Source: Macrostomum lignano (lineage: Eukaryota). Taken from it: DNA of 64,000 bases. The number at the start of each line of letters is the position of its first letter. Position 1 is the first letter of the stretch. The position numbers were made by a program, and so were the translations under genes. The DNA lies in the NCBI GenBank assembly GCA_002269645.1, contig NIVC01002435.1, positions 1 through 64,000 of the forward strand. Direction: 5' to 3'. This document shows positions 12,373-25,217 of this stretch, piece by piece. The notes beneath the pieces are model-generated. The model worked only from the letters and a program-made list of their open reading frames with translations. It ran no database searches and had not been told where the DNA came from.

Positions 12373-12654
12373 AGCGGCGATGGCGTTAACTAATGCACGC
12401 GATACGGCATGGTGACACGATGAACTTTGCAATAGGTTGCGTACACTGAATTGTTCTCTAGCCAGTGGCGATTGCTATCGCTATCGACCGGCTTAGGGAC
12501 TTGAATGAACTTGAATTCAACCCCACCCCATGCGCACTGTTCTGCACCCACCACCTCTTTGCAAAATAATAAACAGAGTCAGCCAAGCTCTCATGCGAGC
12601 ACCTTCCTTCTCACTGCTTCCTTCTCACTCGTGAAAATAAAGTAAGCTGTAACA
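12370..12654 (+). mobile_element. Putative 3' LTR of the Gypsy element
   Basis: Starts TGT at the pol stop and ends ACA, with AATAAA motifs near the 3' end. No partner 5' LTR or clear PPT is visible. Confidence 0.4.
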
Positions 12655-12689
12655 GAAGCCCTGTATGAAAAGAAAATAACACAAATTCA

Positions 12690-13310
12690 TTGACTTCACA
12701 TTGAGTTCACAGCAAAGTTTCCCTGAAAGAAAATGTTGAACTTCCGGCTTAGACGAAGGTTGATAGAGAAGCCAGCTGTGTTAGCAGCGACGTAGGAACG
12801 ATGTTGACCGGCTCAGCGGGGTACAGCGATTCGTTGGCCAGGTTCTTGAAGCCTTTCTTAAAGTTGTACCAGATTAGCACGTCTGGAGCAAAGTTCAGCG
12901 CTGACACTCCCGGTGTTGTGGCGTCTGGCCTTTGAGTAGTCGTATCTGGCTTCGGTGTGCTTCGGACTGAAGTATGTATTTGAGCAAGTTTAATTACTTT
13001 TCACTGAAAATACTATATTTTATCAGTCTAATGAAAGGTCAGAGTCACCTGGTCGATTCGCAGAGCCCGGCGGTTGGCGGCATGGAGTTCAGGCTCCAGC
13101 AGGCAGCGCTGGCTATAAGAAACCGCACACTCTTCATTCAGGGTGCAGCTCAGGATGCACTCGGGCTCACTGGCTGTGGTTGCTGGTGCGGGCTCAGCCG
13201 ATACCGATGGACAGCCGCTGGTCAGCAGGTCGTACACCGCAGCAACGTGCTCGCATGCTGCTGACTTATACAGGAGTAAGTTCAGATACAGCACGAAAGT
13301 AATGCGCACC
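12690..13310 (-). pseudogene. Truncated paralog of the PAN/LamG gene (exon 1 and 2 equivalents only)
   Basis: ACEHVAAVYDLLTSGCPS...ECILSCTLNEECAVSY matches the exon 1 domain. SALNFAPDVLIWYNFKKGFKNL and (shifted frame) RKFNIFFQGNFAVNS match AALGFASNMMLWYDFKKGYTNL...KDFSFFFQGTFAING. There is GTG where ATG is expected, an internal deletion/frameshift, and no exon 3 before the Gypsy LTR. Confidence 0.7.
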
Positions 13311-14040
13311 CTAAAAATTCCAAAATTAGTTTCGTGAAGTTTTTCGAGAATTTACGCTCGTCGTTTTTCTCGACGTTTTTCTGCAGTTGATCAACGAAGG
13401 AGAGCTTTCAAAGCTGGATATCCAGATCGGCTGAACCTGAATCAGCTTGTCTGTCATTGGTCCGGCTCACTCACTAACAGTGTCGGAGCCTAAGTGACTG
13501 ATGATAAATTAGACTACCATATCACGCTCTTTTCTTGTAATATAAGTAGTAGCACATGAGTAGTAACTTTGAGCAGTTAAAAATCAAGAAATGCCAATCT
13601 AAAAGACAAAAGGTAGCGTGGTAGTGCATGCTTGAATCTTTTGATCTCCGGTCACAACCTTCAACATTGTAAATATACAGTGTGGCATAACAGTAAATAT
13701 GTAGGCATTCAATTAATAAATAAAAAATGACATTCTACCGTGTTTTGACTCACAAATACGAATAATCAGTACGTTTTTTTCTTAACCGGGAAAGTTCGGA
13801 ATACGAGAAATTCAAGAAGCTGGAAATCAACAATATCTCAGCATGCCTTAGTAGTCTCCTATTTGTCTAGTGGTGTCACTTTGCTTCAAAATTTATTTCA
13901 GTAGGAGCAAGACTATATTCAAAACAAGTGTCGTAGATTGTTTGCTCCTTAATTCTTGTAAGGTGACATCCCACTAGCAAGGATTTAAAAGTTCTTTGCC
14001 GCAGCACATCAGGCTCCTCGTGCTGTCTCGCAAGTTCTGT

Positions 14041-17000
14041 TTATTCTTCATGGCCTTTCACCAGACTGATTACCTGAAACAAGTATTAAAACAAATAGCT
14101 ATATCGATACTTCGAAAAATCAAGGAAGTGAAGCCCCGCCAAGCATTCCCCCAGCTTGCCTGGTGCCCGAACAGCAAGGCCAGCGTGCCGGATGCGCCCA
14201 CCAGCTGGCAGACGGCCAGCAGGGCGCCCCGCAGCATAGCGGCGCTGTCCGGCAGGCAGAAACCCAGCGCCAAGCCCACCAGAGCCGCGGTGCCGACATT
14301 GCAGACGCTGGCTGCGGTGAGGCGGGCGTCGCTTGGCTCACTCGGGCGAAGCTGTCGCGTCTCCCAAGCGAAAAACAGCCCGAAAAGCAGCTGGATGCCT
14401 GAAGTACATAAATATTAATGTTTGTAACTTCTTTGATCAACTTGCATATTCAACGGTTGCTGACCTTTAAACCCAATGAGGACGCCAATCCACACAATGT
14501 TGGAGCTCGATCGGCACACGGAGAGCACTTCGCGCACCAGCGAACCAGACTGAATATTCTCCTAAAAGTGATTGCAGTACGAACTTACGAGTAGTTTCCG
14601 ACTCTTATTTCCGCACAACGGATTTTATCGATGGATTGTATCTGACTTTGGATAAACCTAATTGTTACACTTCCTCCTACTAATGGATCTTGTTGATTAA
14701 CTTCAATGAGTGCATGAGTGCATGTAATGGAGTCGAAATTGATGCCATGATAAATACGTAGCTTGTAGCTCGTATAGGCTTTTAGCCATTGCTCACCAAA
14801 GCCCATAGATCGACAGTCAGTAGCTTCGTTGGGTCAAACACGGACCATGAAGTCAAAATTGCAGCGTCAGTTGCCAGCAGGGCCGCGACCAGGCCAGGAA
14901 GAACCGAGTCACGAGGCCGCTGAAGAGTTAAGAAGCGGAAGAATTGACTTACAGTCCATAAAAGTCCATGATTCGCTCATATCTCTTAAGTTTCTACTTT
15001 ATCTTCGTATGCATGCAATTACGAGATATATTCGTAATTAAAAGACATTAGCACAAGGGTCAGCGAAGAACCTGCTGGTGGTAAGCCGCTGTGGCCAGCC
15101 TAGCTGCAGATATATGTAGCCACGAGTATACACAACGAGCTATATCCGAGCCACAACTCATTTATGGGTCGCTCACACTTCCTGAAACGGTGCAGTGGAG
15201 GCGCCACATTTTAGTCAGCATGGCGCCCAGCCCGAAGGAGCAGCCGGTGCACAGCAGAACCGCCTGAGCCCAGCAAAGATCGCAGGAGGCTCCAGCAACC
15301 AAATTCACGGCCTGAATGACGCAGCTGATGCTGCATAGCAGGCAGCCCACAGACACGCAGCAGTTCGCTCTCGGGCTGCTTAGCCTGATGACGGCTGCCT
15401 CTGAGCGGAAGATGTTCAGGCAGACTGATGCGATGCTGAGCACAGCGGTCAAGCCGGAGATCGCAATGATGACGATGGCGGCCGGTGCGGACAGGGTCAG
15501 CTGCCGCCACTCCAGCAGCGGCTCGTCAACCGGCGGCTTGGAACCTGAATGAGTTGTTGGCTCTGTTTAAGCGTTTAAATATTTTCTGTGCAATAAAATT
15601 AGTATGCTGAATAAAACTTTACCAGCAAACCACAGTTGCTTTAGCCAGGTTATGGCACCCGTCACTGGGCTGAACTCTGCCACTAAATCAACTGTATTGT
15701 CTGCAATTAGTAATGGATGCTGGTATACTCGTAGCAAAGAGTACAGTTGAAATGTCACATTGATCTGGCTCTCACTTCGATGCTGATATATTAGTAGATC
15801 AGCCGTGCGGTCGTTGTTGTCATCAAATGCGATGGGACCCTGGATACGGTAAAAATATGCCCTTGTATTTAAAAACATCACTCGTTTCCCCATGCTTATT
15901 AGTGATACACGAATCAAAGCCTACTGAAATTCCCACGAAGTTGGTTGACTTCAAACTTTCAATCAAGGCCTGCTTGAAGGGTGTCTTGCGCCGGGACGAG
16001 TAGTTGCCGTTGTCCGAGTAATCTCCCTGCTGCAGCGTCGCGTTGATGGCCACCGCAGCTGTCAGAAAGGCGTCAAACTTCAGGTCGAGACCGAGGATTG
16101 TTGAAGACACCGTGATTTTTTCCCGGTCAGGGTACACGCTGAGGAACTTGTTGTACAGCTCTTTCGAAGTCTGAAGAGTTATGTTATTATTCAGTCACTA
16201 AATAAGGTGCCATAAAAATTATTGGGATTCGGAAATTCATAAATTTAAATAATGTGAATTATGCTCTACTCGCGATAATTGCCATCTCACGAATGAAATT
16301 TGCGGGGAATTTATGAGTGTGTAATGCCTTCTACAAAGTTCTCCATGATCGAGTGGAACAAGCAACTAGTGCCGCACCAGTCCGACAATGCTGCGCGGTC
16401 TCCGGTCGGCCATTTCAGTCACAACACTACCAAATTCCACAGAACCCTCCAGAGCTGAAGCGGCCGCGCTGGTTGAGCACTTCGGTGGTCGCGAGTGCAG
16501 CCGCTGAGTGTAGCCCAAATGAATCCAGAAGTACTTGGGTCCGAACAGTCTGTATTTGAAGATCTGAGGGTTAGTAGAATTACGTAAACCAATTGATTTA
16601 GAGCATTAAACTAGAAAATAAAGCTCATTCTTACCAAACATTCCAGCCGCTGCTCTTCAGAAAACACAACTCGAACGGCTATGAAAATTCGAATGTCTCT
16701 TGTCTGTAAAGGTCAAATGGGAATACTTAATGGTTTAAATGGTTTGAACAAATTGGAACCAGAATTACAGCTCGTTTCTGACTAGCAAAAAAAGTCTTTC
16801 TAAAAGCCTGGCTTGAGCAAAAACAGTGGAAAAATTTATCGACTTGCTAGGAGGCGGTGCTTACAATCAGGTGCTCAAGCTGTTCCGTAGCGTCAGTCGC
16901 GTAGATTACTTTTTCGTAATGTGTGATGTTGCTGGCCGTCAGCTTTGTCTCCAAGTCGTTAACCATCTAGTAATTTTTTGTTTACAGGAAAGCGGATATA

Positions 17001-18178
17001 GCATTTGCCATGCAGCAGTATCAGCAGAACAAAGTGGCTTCTCTGATCAAAGACAGTTTTTTAAAATAGGATTCGACTCAGAATCTCCGTTTCATCGCAC
17101 ACTAATCAAAAGCTAATAGACCTTCTGATTACGGGAAAATTCTGGTCAAAAAAGGCCTAAACGGAAATAATTAAGACTATTTCTGCCTCAGAAGCTCCAA
17201 CTGGCGCCTCTTCTCTGAAGAAGTGTCTGTACTACGAACTAACTGCCCGGCCGCAAGGTTTGGGTTAGGCAATGCTGTAAGTGACCTTGGATTTCTAAAA
17301 CGTTAAAATAAAATAAAACGTGATGTCATGACTACACTATCCTTCAACCAACGAGAAACAGATAGAGTAAGAAAACTTCTCGATATAGATTTAATGAATT
17401 CAAATTCAAACTATAAAAACTTTTTTTCGAAATTTTGGAAAGGGGTTACAATATCTCACGGATGCCACACTGCCAGAGTCGGCTACTAAAAGGCCAACCC
17501 TGGCCCATCGGTACCGCAGCAGCAGCTGCACAGTGAGCTCCGCGTACTGGCTCTCGGTGTAACACAGGCGGAAGAAGTACGGATAGGCCCTCTTGTTGCT
17601 GAGATCCGAGGCCGGAGCTGACGTGCCGATCTGAAATTTAGTTTAAGAAACTTTCATGCATTTCATCATGTATTTTCATTTTACTTTCATCACGCATCCC
17701 TGCCGCTCAATCCCACCTGGGCAGCATAGTAGTACTTGGCCAAGTCGGCCACTGACTGCGCCTGCTGAATGAGGACGGGGCCGATGACCAGGGCTTTCGG
17801 AGGCGGCGACAAATAGCCGTCTATGAACTCCTTGACTGCACTGCCGGTGTCACTCTGAGGAAAATTACAATGAGGCATGAGGCGGACTACCGTTTTCATT
17901 GAGGTATTTTTGCACTGTTGCACTTTCAAGTTAAGAATTGATGAATCACTCACCATCACAGGAAACCGGTTCTCATACTCGAGTCGGAAACTGGGAAACA
18001 GGTGGGTCAGGTTGTTAATGTATCCAACCGAGAACTCATTGTAATAGACTGCTGTTTCTTGACTGCTGGTTGACTCGTAGTCCAGAACTAGAAGGTGAAA
18101 GGTGCTTCTGTTTTCCGAGGCAGCTGCAAGAACGGCTGCGTCGTGCATACAAAAAGCTAAAAGCAGCAGGAGCAGCAT
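14041..18178 (-). CDS. GABA-B-receptor-like class C GPCR, paralog A (Venus flytrap + 7TM, very short C-tail), ~14 exons
   Basis: Signal peptide. VFT exons KALVIGP..., SDLSNKRAYPYFFR, TRDIRIFIAV, GPIAFDDNNDR. 7TM: IRLSSPRANCCVSVGC, GAMLTKMWRLH, WSVFDP, GFKGIQLLFGLFFAWETR. No Cys-rich domain between VFT and TM1, as in the GABA-B type. The 3' end relies on a GC-AG intron. Confidence 0.85.
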
Positions 18179-20319
18179 GCTTTCTCGCAGTCACAGCCTC
18201 GAGCTCATTAGGAGCTTCAAGTTCAGGAAAGCAGATTAGGGCTAGTTGGATCAGACGTTAAGTATAGGATGGATAAAATTCAAATTTGATCTCATTGGCT
18301 AGAATGGTCACCGTGGATGCACGAATTTTACTTGGCTCTTTGACTGCTACGAGCTGGTTGAATTTTAGTCCAGAATGAAGAAAAACGGCAAACTTAGATA
18401 AAATGCTCAACTGAGAGGTCTGTCACTGATACCACTATGCCAAGGTTAATGAGATGTCAAGGCTCCCGGGATTTTTTGAGATGGGATCAAGAAAAATATT
18501 GAAATTTCGATTGCCTACTGATGCAACTGTGCGTTTGACTGCTCCTGTTTACGTCCCCTTGCTCTGCCCCTGCGTATTTACTGTTCATTTATTATTTTCT
18601 CATGATTTCCTCATGTTCAAATACTGTTGATACATGGTCAAAGATGCATCTGATTTGCGTCAACGCTTCAGTTCCTCGCTTTCCAAGGCTGCTGCTTGGG
18701 GCAGCTCTTGGTTTGCTTAGTTTAGTTGGTTGTCGAGCCATCTTCCTGTCCTGCGATTTGCTTGAGTACAGCTTCCGATTCTGGAAAGGCGTGGTCGCGC
18801 TTCAGCTCATGACATTCATAAGAAACAAATCGATATTGAGTTCGATTGCACCAGAGAAATGTGCCGCGCGATCTTTGAACGCCTCTTGGTGAAGCTCGTT
18901 CACAACTCAGCGAAATGAGTCATCAAATTACACGAATACACGCTTCACGGATTCGTGTAAAATTCGAGTGATGGCAGCCGCATGAATTCGCATTTTTGAT
19001 GAAAGAGACAGAAAGTATTTCCTAAAGTGCTGCACATCCAACTCCTAGTGGTGCTGGTGTCCGCAGTAAAAATTCCGTGAACTTACACAAAGTGACTTTT
19101 TCGTCCTTAAAACTGATACTCAGTCATGTTAAATGAATAAAATTCTGTTTTGACAACAGAAGATGAAATCTACTACGAGTACAGTCCGTTATTCGTTACT
19201 TGCTCCGGGACTGTGAAGTGATTCCGATAAATGTAAAACTAATAAAATGTAAAACGTTTGCTATGCATCTGCTTTCAAAAAATGTTCTGCAATAAATATC
19301 TCGAAAATTCTTAAACAGTTTTTAAACGGTTTTTCCAAACTTTTGGTGTTAGAGCGAAATTTCCCTAAAATGACATGAAGACTTGAAACCTTTGTCGAAG
19401 GATTTTTGAGTCAATTAACTGGCTGCTGCTGCTAGTTGCTCCATACTTACAAGTTTAGACTGCTGATGTAATCCAGGTGGGTTAGAAGTTATATTCTGAC
19501 GCTTTGTTAAAATATATGTAATTTATTTCATTTTCCAAACGGAGACCTCTTTGTTTTATAGAAACACCTGTCAAACTTGCTCTCTTTGACCAATTAATTA
19601 TGTCAACCGCCCCGGCAATTAAAATTATTCACAGGTTTTGACCTCGGACCAGGCTGTGGAAAACTCAAGATTGAGACAGTGAAGCGATAGAATATGTAAT
19701 TCGCGGGAATAACAGATAATTTTGTGAGCCACTGTAACCTGCTTTTTGCCTGCTAAATCATTAACCGCTTGAGACCAGTAATCACTGGCAACAATAGCTG
19801 AATATAGGAATAATTAGCAAGCTTTTCTCTGAACAACTCTAAGGAGACAAGCTGCAAGTCTCTCAACTCTCGGTGCAAAAACAGTTGCGCCAGCTTGTGA
19901 AAACGTCGTGTATTTCTAATTTTTTCGGGTGAAAAAGCAAACAGAGCTTTTGATTGCTCGATCGAAATTTTGAGTGCTGAGGACCCTGAGAAGTGCATTG
20001 GGTTAGGGTTTCACGAAACGATTCCAGATCGATAACTAGCAGCTAGTCGTGAGAATAAGAAGTGAAACTTACTCAATGTCATATTTTTCCAGTAAAATCT
20101 TTGAGTAAGTATTTCTCCAGACAAAGTCAACTTTGCAAAATGGATGCATGTTAAAACCAGAATCCACTATATGGAAATCTGTTACACTAAGGATATTTTG
20201 CTTTCTAACTCTACGATCTGAGTCGAAGTTTCTACGATTGTGTTTTGCTCGAGTTTCAATGTTTGTTTCGAAAACACTCGCTCGCACTGTCGTTGCTTAT
20301 AAGCCTTGACGCTGCTCAG

Positions 20320-23300
20320 TTAAGCAGTCGAGGTCTGGTTTTGATTCATTGTGGACCCGTTGCCAGGCAGTGTGTTGTTGAGATCGTCCACCTTTGACGG
20401 GCCGTGTTTGATGATGGTGAAGATCTGGAGTGTGAATCATGGCTTGATTTTCGTAAGCCCTCTAAAAGCCCTAGGACAGAGCGGCTTACCTTACTACCGA
20501 AGACGATAATAACCACAGTGGTGCAGCAGAGAAAGATGCAGCCATTGATGAGGAGAAAACGCACGTTGACCTCGCTATTCGGCAGCACGAACGCCATGGT
20601 CACGCCAATAGCGCCCATTACCAAGGTGTTGTACACGCAAACGCCAATTTTCTTGGAATCGTTGAGGCTCTCAACGTGCACCATGCGGGTCTCCCAGGCA
20701 AAGAATATGCCAAAGATGAGAAGCAGGCCTGCCCATTCAGAATAATGTACTTAAAGGTAACGATTATGCAAAAATAAAACTTTATTGGCGTACTCATGTG
20801 CACAAGACATTAAAAAGGCTGCAAGTTCGACCAGTTTTCTCACGGTCTCCACCGCACCTGCAGATATATCAATAATTGAGGCTATTGAAATCTGTGAGGT
20901 TATGTGGACCTTGAGCCCCCTATTGAGCCGACAGTATGCCTGTGGAGTTCACCGAGCATAATCTATCGTTTCTTACTCGACTGAACAACAGACATTTATG
21001 ACTCAACAAAAACCTGACGCTTGCCTTTGATCCCGAGAAAAATTCCGGTCCACATGACCGAATTGTTGCAGTCACACTCCTGAATTTCCTGGGATTCGAT
21101 TGTTCCAGAGCTGAGCCACTCCTGGGTGAGCAGGGTGACGGAAATTCGATACGAATGGACAGCGGATATTCGATGGAACAGGAAAGTGGCACAAAATACC
21201 TACTCACCACAACGGCTAACTGAGTGATGTTGACTTTGATGGGGTCCTTGACAGCCCAGACTATGAAGACGATGATGTCAGCCAAGACGATTGCCAGAAC
21301 CATGGCCACCAGGTGCATATCCTTGATTGACTGCAATCAAATATTATGATTTGGCATGCACATTGAGCTTGGAAAACTATTAAGTGTGTGATGCTCGGTT
21401 ATACTGAATGAATCAAAGTTGAGCATGATTGTCCTAAAAAACTCAGCTTACCACTCGGCGCAAATTTTTTGTCGTGAAGATGACGTGCACCCGCCAAGTC
21501 TTGGACAGCATGGCTCCATAAGCCACCGAGTAGCCAATGCACAGGCAAATCGTCTGCAGCCAGCAGTAGACTGCAGAGTTGCTCCAGTGTCCGGAGATGG
21601 CGCTGAAGATGCTGGACATGTAGCACATGATGCATCCGACAGCCATTAGGTTGTTGATATTCGGCGAGGACATCTTGATGAAGCGAAGATGGCGGAAAGC
21701 TAAGTTTACGCCAATCGAAGAGATGGTGAGAGCCACGCCGACAGAGCAAAGAAAAATTATGACGATGGCGTTGCCCCTTGGAACCGAGATGCGATACGTG
21801 ACTCTCTTGGGCATGTCGCTGGGTGGCTGTCCACCTGTGCATGGTTTTAGCTTAATCAAGTATCCAACAGCAGAGTAAAACGAGTTGCATAACTTGAAAT
21901 TCAGTAAGCCTAGCTTTTTAAAAGCGAGTTTTTTGATGCCATGCTCGACAGTTCTTTTTTTATGAAAAAGACTCACCAGCGAACACCAAATCCTCGTACC
22001 ACTCAAGCTTATCCGCGTAGGTGTCAATAAGGGCAACCGGTACGCCCTTAAAGCCTAAAATTTCGGTTATAAAACACTATATTGCAGTTACATGGAGCGA
22101 TAGTGTGAATTAGGCTTGTAAAAATCACATCGACTCTCACTTCGAATCTGGTAAGCGATCGCGTTAGCCAGGCGATCTCCATTCTGGTCCAGCTTTACGC
22201 GACCCTGCGAATACGATTTTTAAAATACCAAATCTTCAGCTCAGATCATCAATAATTCTTCAGGTCTTGCACTTTGTCACTTACAGTTAGTCCATTAAAA
22301 TCGACAGCTCTGACATTCTCCAACAGTTCAGTTTTGAATGGACTGCTGTCCAGATCCAAAGCCGTTGAGTAGGCGTGCTTCATCAGCGTTTTGTTAAGCG
22401 CAATGGCCGCAACAGTCATTGCGTCCAAACGTGTAGCAAGGCCTCTGATCGAGACCACACTTTCGTTAACCAGGTGGGGGTACCGTCGTAGGAAGCTGGC
22501 GAACAGGCTGCTGATGGGCTGACGTTTGGGGTTGCAAAGAAGGGTTGGCGTATTAGTAAACTGAATTACAGCTGCATTGTAATAAGTAGTTAAGTATTGA
22601 TCAGTCAGACGCTCTTCAATCAGTCGCTGTGAAGCGCGAACTCACCACCTGGCCGATTCCAGTTTCATTGTCAAAGATTTCAAAATGAGACATAAAATAG
22701 AGCGAGCCCTCTGCTCCATCGGCTAGCATCTGGCTGCTGCAGGTGTCCTGCAGATTGTGTGAGAAGGTTCGCGTAAATCCCAGTTGGATCCAGAAGTAGC
22801 GAGGTCCAACCGCGTTGTTCATCTTAAGCTGTTTAGAAAAAAATGGAGAATTTTTTCTGAAATCGCATGTCGATATCTATTCTTATTTAATATGTGCACT
22901 ATAACGGTGCAACGGCGCTCACCAGACATTCGAACTTTGTCCCAGTTTCGATATTTCCAGCTCGAACGACGATAAAAATTCGAATGTTCTTGTTCTGGAA
23001 GTGTTTGGTCAATTCAAGATAAAATCTATTGTAGCTAATTTATGCTCTTGAAAGTTTGAAAATTCTTTGCGATACAAAAGCGTACCAGCAATTGTTTCAG
23101 ACTGTCTTCCGGATTATGTTGATAAACAGCTTTGCTCAAAACAGTAATCTTATTCTCAGCTAGCAAAACCTCCAACTGTTGTGTAATCTAAAATCGGTTT
23201 TGGATGATAGTGAAGTTATATCCATATTTTCCGAAGAAAGAGAAAATCTCATGAAAAAAATTCTGAGAAAAAACGTAGAAGTGACTTGTATAGACCACGA

Positions 23301-25217
23301 AACTCGAAACTCGAAGCGTCGACGACCTGGTTAGAGCTCAGTGAACAAAGTGAGTTCTACCAATGAGACATTGATGGCTAAGAACATCGGTCAGGACTGG
23401 TGCGTTCTGACTTGGATTGCACCATTGGCGATTAATTTATGCGCCCATATCGAATAAAATACGTGCGGGCTAAATGACAGACGGGCTAAATAGCTAAAAG
23501 CAGCTGTTGAGATATCAAGACAAAACATGGAGTCTCAATCAGCTATTAAAGTGCAAGCTAAACGATGGAAAAATCGATATACGAACCGCCTTAAAGTTCG
23601 AAAAAACACCTCTTCGGTCAATGGAAATCGACATGGGACGGCTTCGAGGTGCTCTAAAGATTGGCGGCAATGAAGGATGAAACAGGAATAAGAAGTTTTG
23701 CCTCCACGCCCTGCGGTACAGCTTCAGTCTGAAAACATTTAAGCTGGTAGAAAACTTGCCAAGCCTGAAAAAAGAAGACCCCAGTAAGATTATTGATACC
23801 ATAAGAATTTCGTCACAGGAGAGATGAAGAGACTTTCAACAGACTCAAATTCTGGTTGAGATGTCAGCGCGTTGATGATGATGATGATTCATGACCGTCA
23901 AGAAGTTGGCGAGCAGGTGCATTACTCTAAATGCTGCATGCAGTGCGGGGAACTTCTGCTGTGCGATAAAACCGTCACTGGATTCCACGACACAAGCGCC
24001 ATGGAGAAGCCAAAATTCATTTGCGAATCTGCAGAATTCAGACTATAAGAATTAGGGCTCGGACAATGAATTTGTAGATATCAGGCAGGGTATTGGGGCA
24101 CTGGTACCTTGACGTCTGTCGATATCAGCCAGGGTATTGGGGCACTGGTACCTTGACGTCTGTCGATATCAGCCAGGGTATTGGGGCACTGGTACCTTGA
24201 CGTCTGTCGATATCAGCCAGGGTATTGGGGCACTGGTACCTTGACGTCTGTCGATATCAGCCAGGGTATTGGGGCACTGGTACCTTGACGTCTGTCGACA
24301 TCAGCCAGAGTATTGGGGCACTGGTACCTTGACGTCTGTCGATATCAGCCAGGGTATTAGGGCACTGGTACCTTGACATCTGCAGATATCAGCCTCAGGG
24401 TATTGGGGTACTGGTACCTTGACATCTGCAGATATCAGCCAGGGTATTGGGGTACTGGGACACTGACGTCTGAGAGTTTTTTTCGAGGCTTTTTAGACTC
24501 ACCGCGGAAACTCCGTCATAGTCACTAGCGAGAAGGCCCACATTTTTCCAGTTGTATCGCTTCAAAATTTGTATCATACCCACCAGATAAAGGCTGTTAG
24601 ACGTGGTGGTTCGTGAGAAGTACGGATAGACGGACTTGTCCGCCAAAGCGGGGGTAGTGGCTGTGGCGCTAATCTGGAATAAGGATAAGCGTATGTGGAA
24701 TTCTATATTAGAGTCAAACTCAAACACGGAAATGAACCTTGGAATGGCCCAAGAATGAAAGAGCATAAAATTGAACGACTAATCATACCTGGGGCAGGTA
24801 GTAGTAGCCCCCGGCCAGCTCGGACAGAACCACCGCCTGGTTTGAGTAGGCAGGCCCGAACAGAAGAGCTTTGTTCGGTTCGTTCACGTAGCCGTCAATG
24901 AACTTGCGAAGCGCGCTCCCCTGCAGCTCCTATGGCAACGAAAGAAAGGATTTTGACTGCGAACATCATTTCAGGTTGCCAATCTCATCAAAACTCACCT
25001 TTTCGGCGCAGAAGAAAGAGGCATCAATGCGAAACGTATAGTTAAACTCTGGCTGCGCAGTCACATTGTTAATGTAGTCGAGGGCGAAGGAGTAGTATTC
25101 GACATCGAACCGGAGTGTGGCGTTCTTTGAGCAGATCACCAGGGTGTGCACAGTTGTGCGGTTGTCCGATTGAGCTCTTACTGTCGCTATTAACAGCAAC
25201 AGAAGCAGATATCGCAT
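20320..25217 (-). CDS. GABA-B-receptor-like class C GPCR, paralog B, ~14 exons
   Basis: Signal peptide. PALADKSVYPYFSRT, NKNIRIFIVV, GRVKLDQNGDR. IKMSSPNINNLMAVGCIMCY, YGAMLSKTWRVHVIF, WAVKDP, IKGLLLIFGIFFAWETR..SLNDSKKIGVCVYN. Exon structure parallels paralog A. TAA at 20320-20322. Confidence 0.9.
23540..23830 (+). mobile_element. Possible degenerate retrotransposon gag fragment in a GPCR-B intron
   Basis: Plus-strand frame with one internal stop: ...FCLHALRYSFSLKTFKLVENLPSLKKEDPSKIIDTIR, loosely resembling Gypsy gag. Weak. Confidence 0.25.
24077..24473. repeat. 44-bp minisatellite, ~9 units, in an intron of GPCR-B
   Basis: Unit gatatcagccagggtattggggcactggtaccttgacgtctgtc, period 44 (24121 to 24165). 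Confidence 0.97.

Noticed and set aside
18602-18892. ORF between the two GPCR genes
   Set aside because: No domain similarity or convincing splice context.
23860-24035. Additional GPCR-B exon (FANEFWLLHG...)
   Set aside because: The flanking exons join in phase and match paralog A without it, and it shows no VFT similarity.
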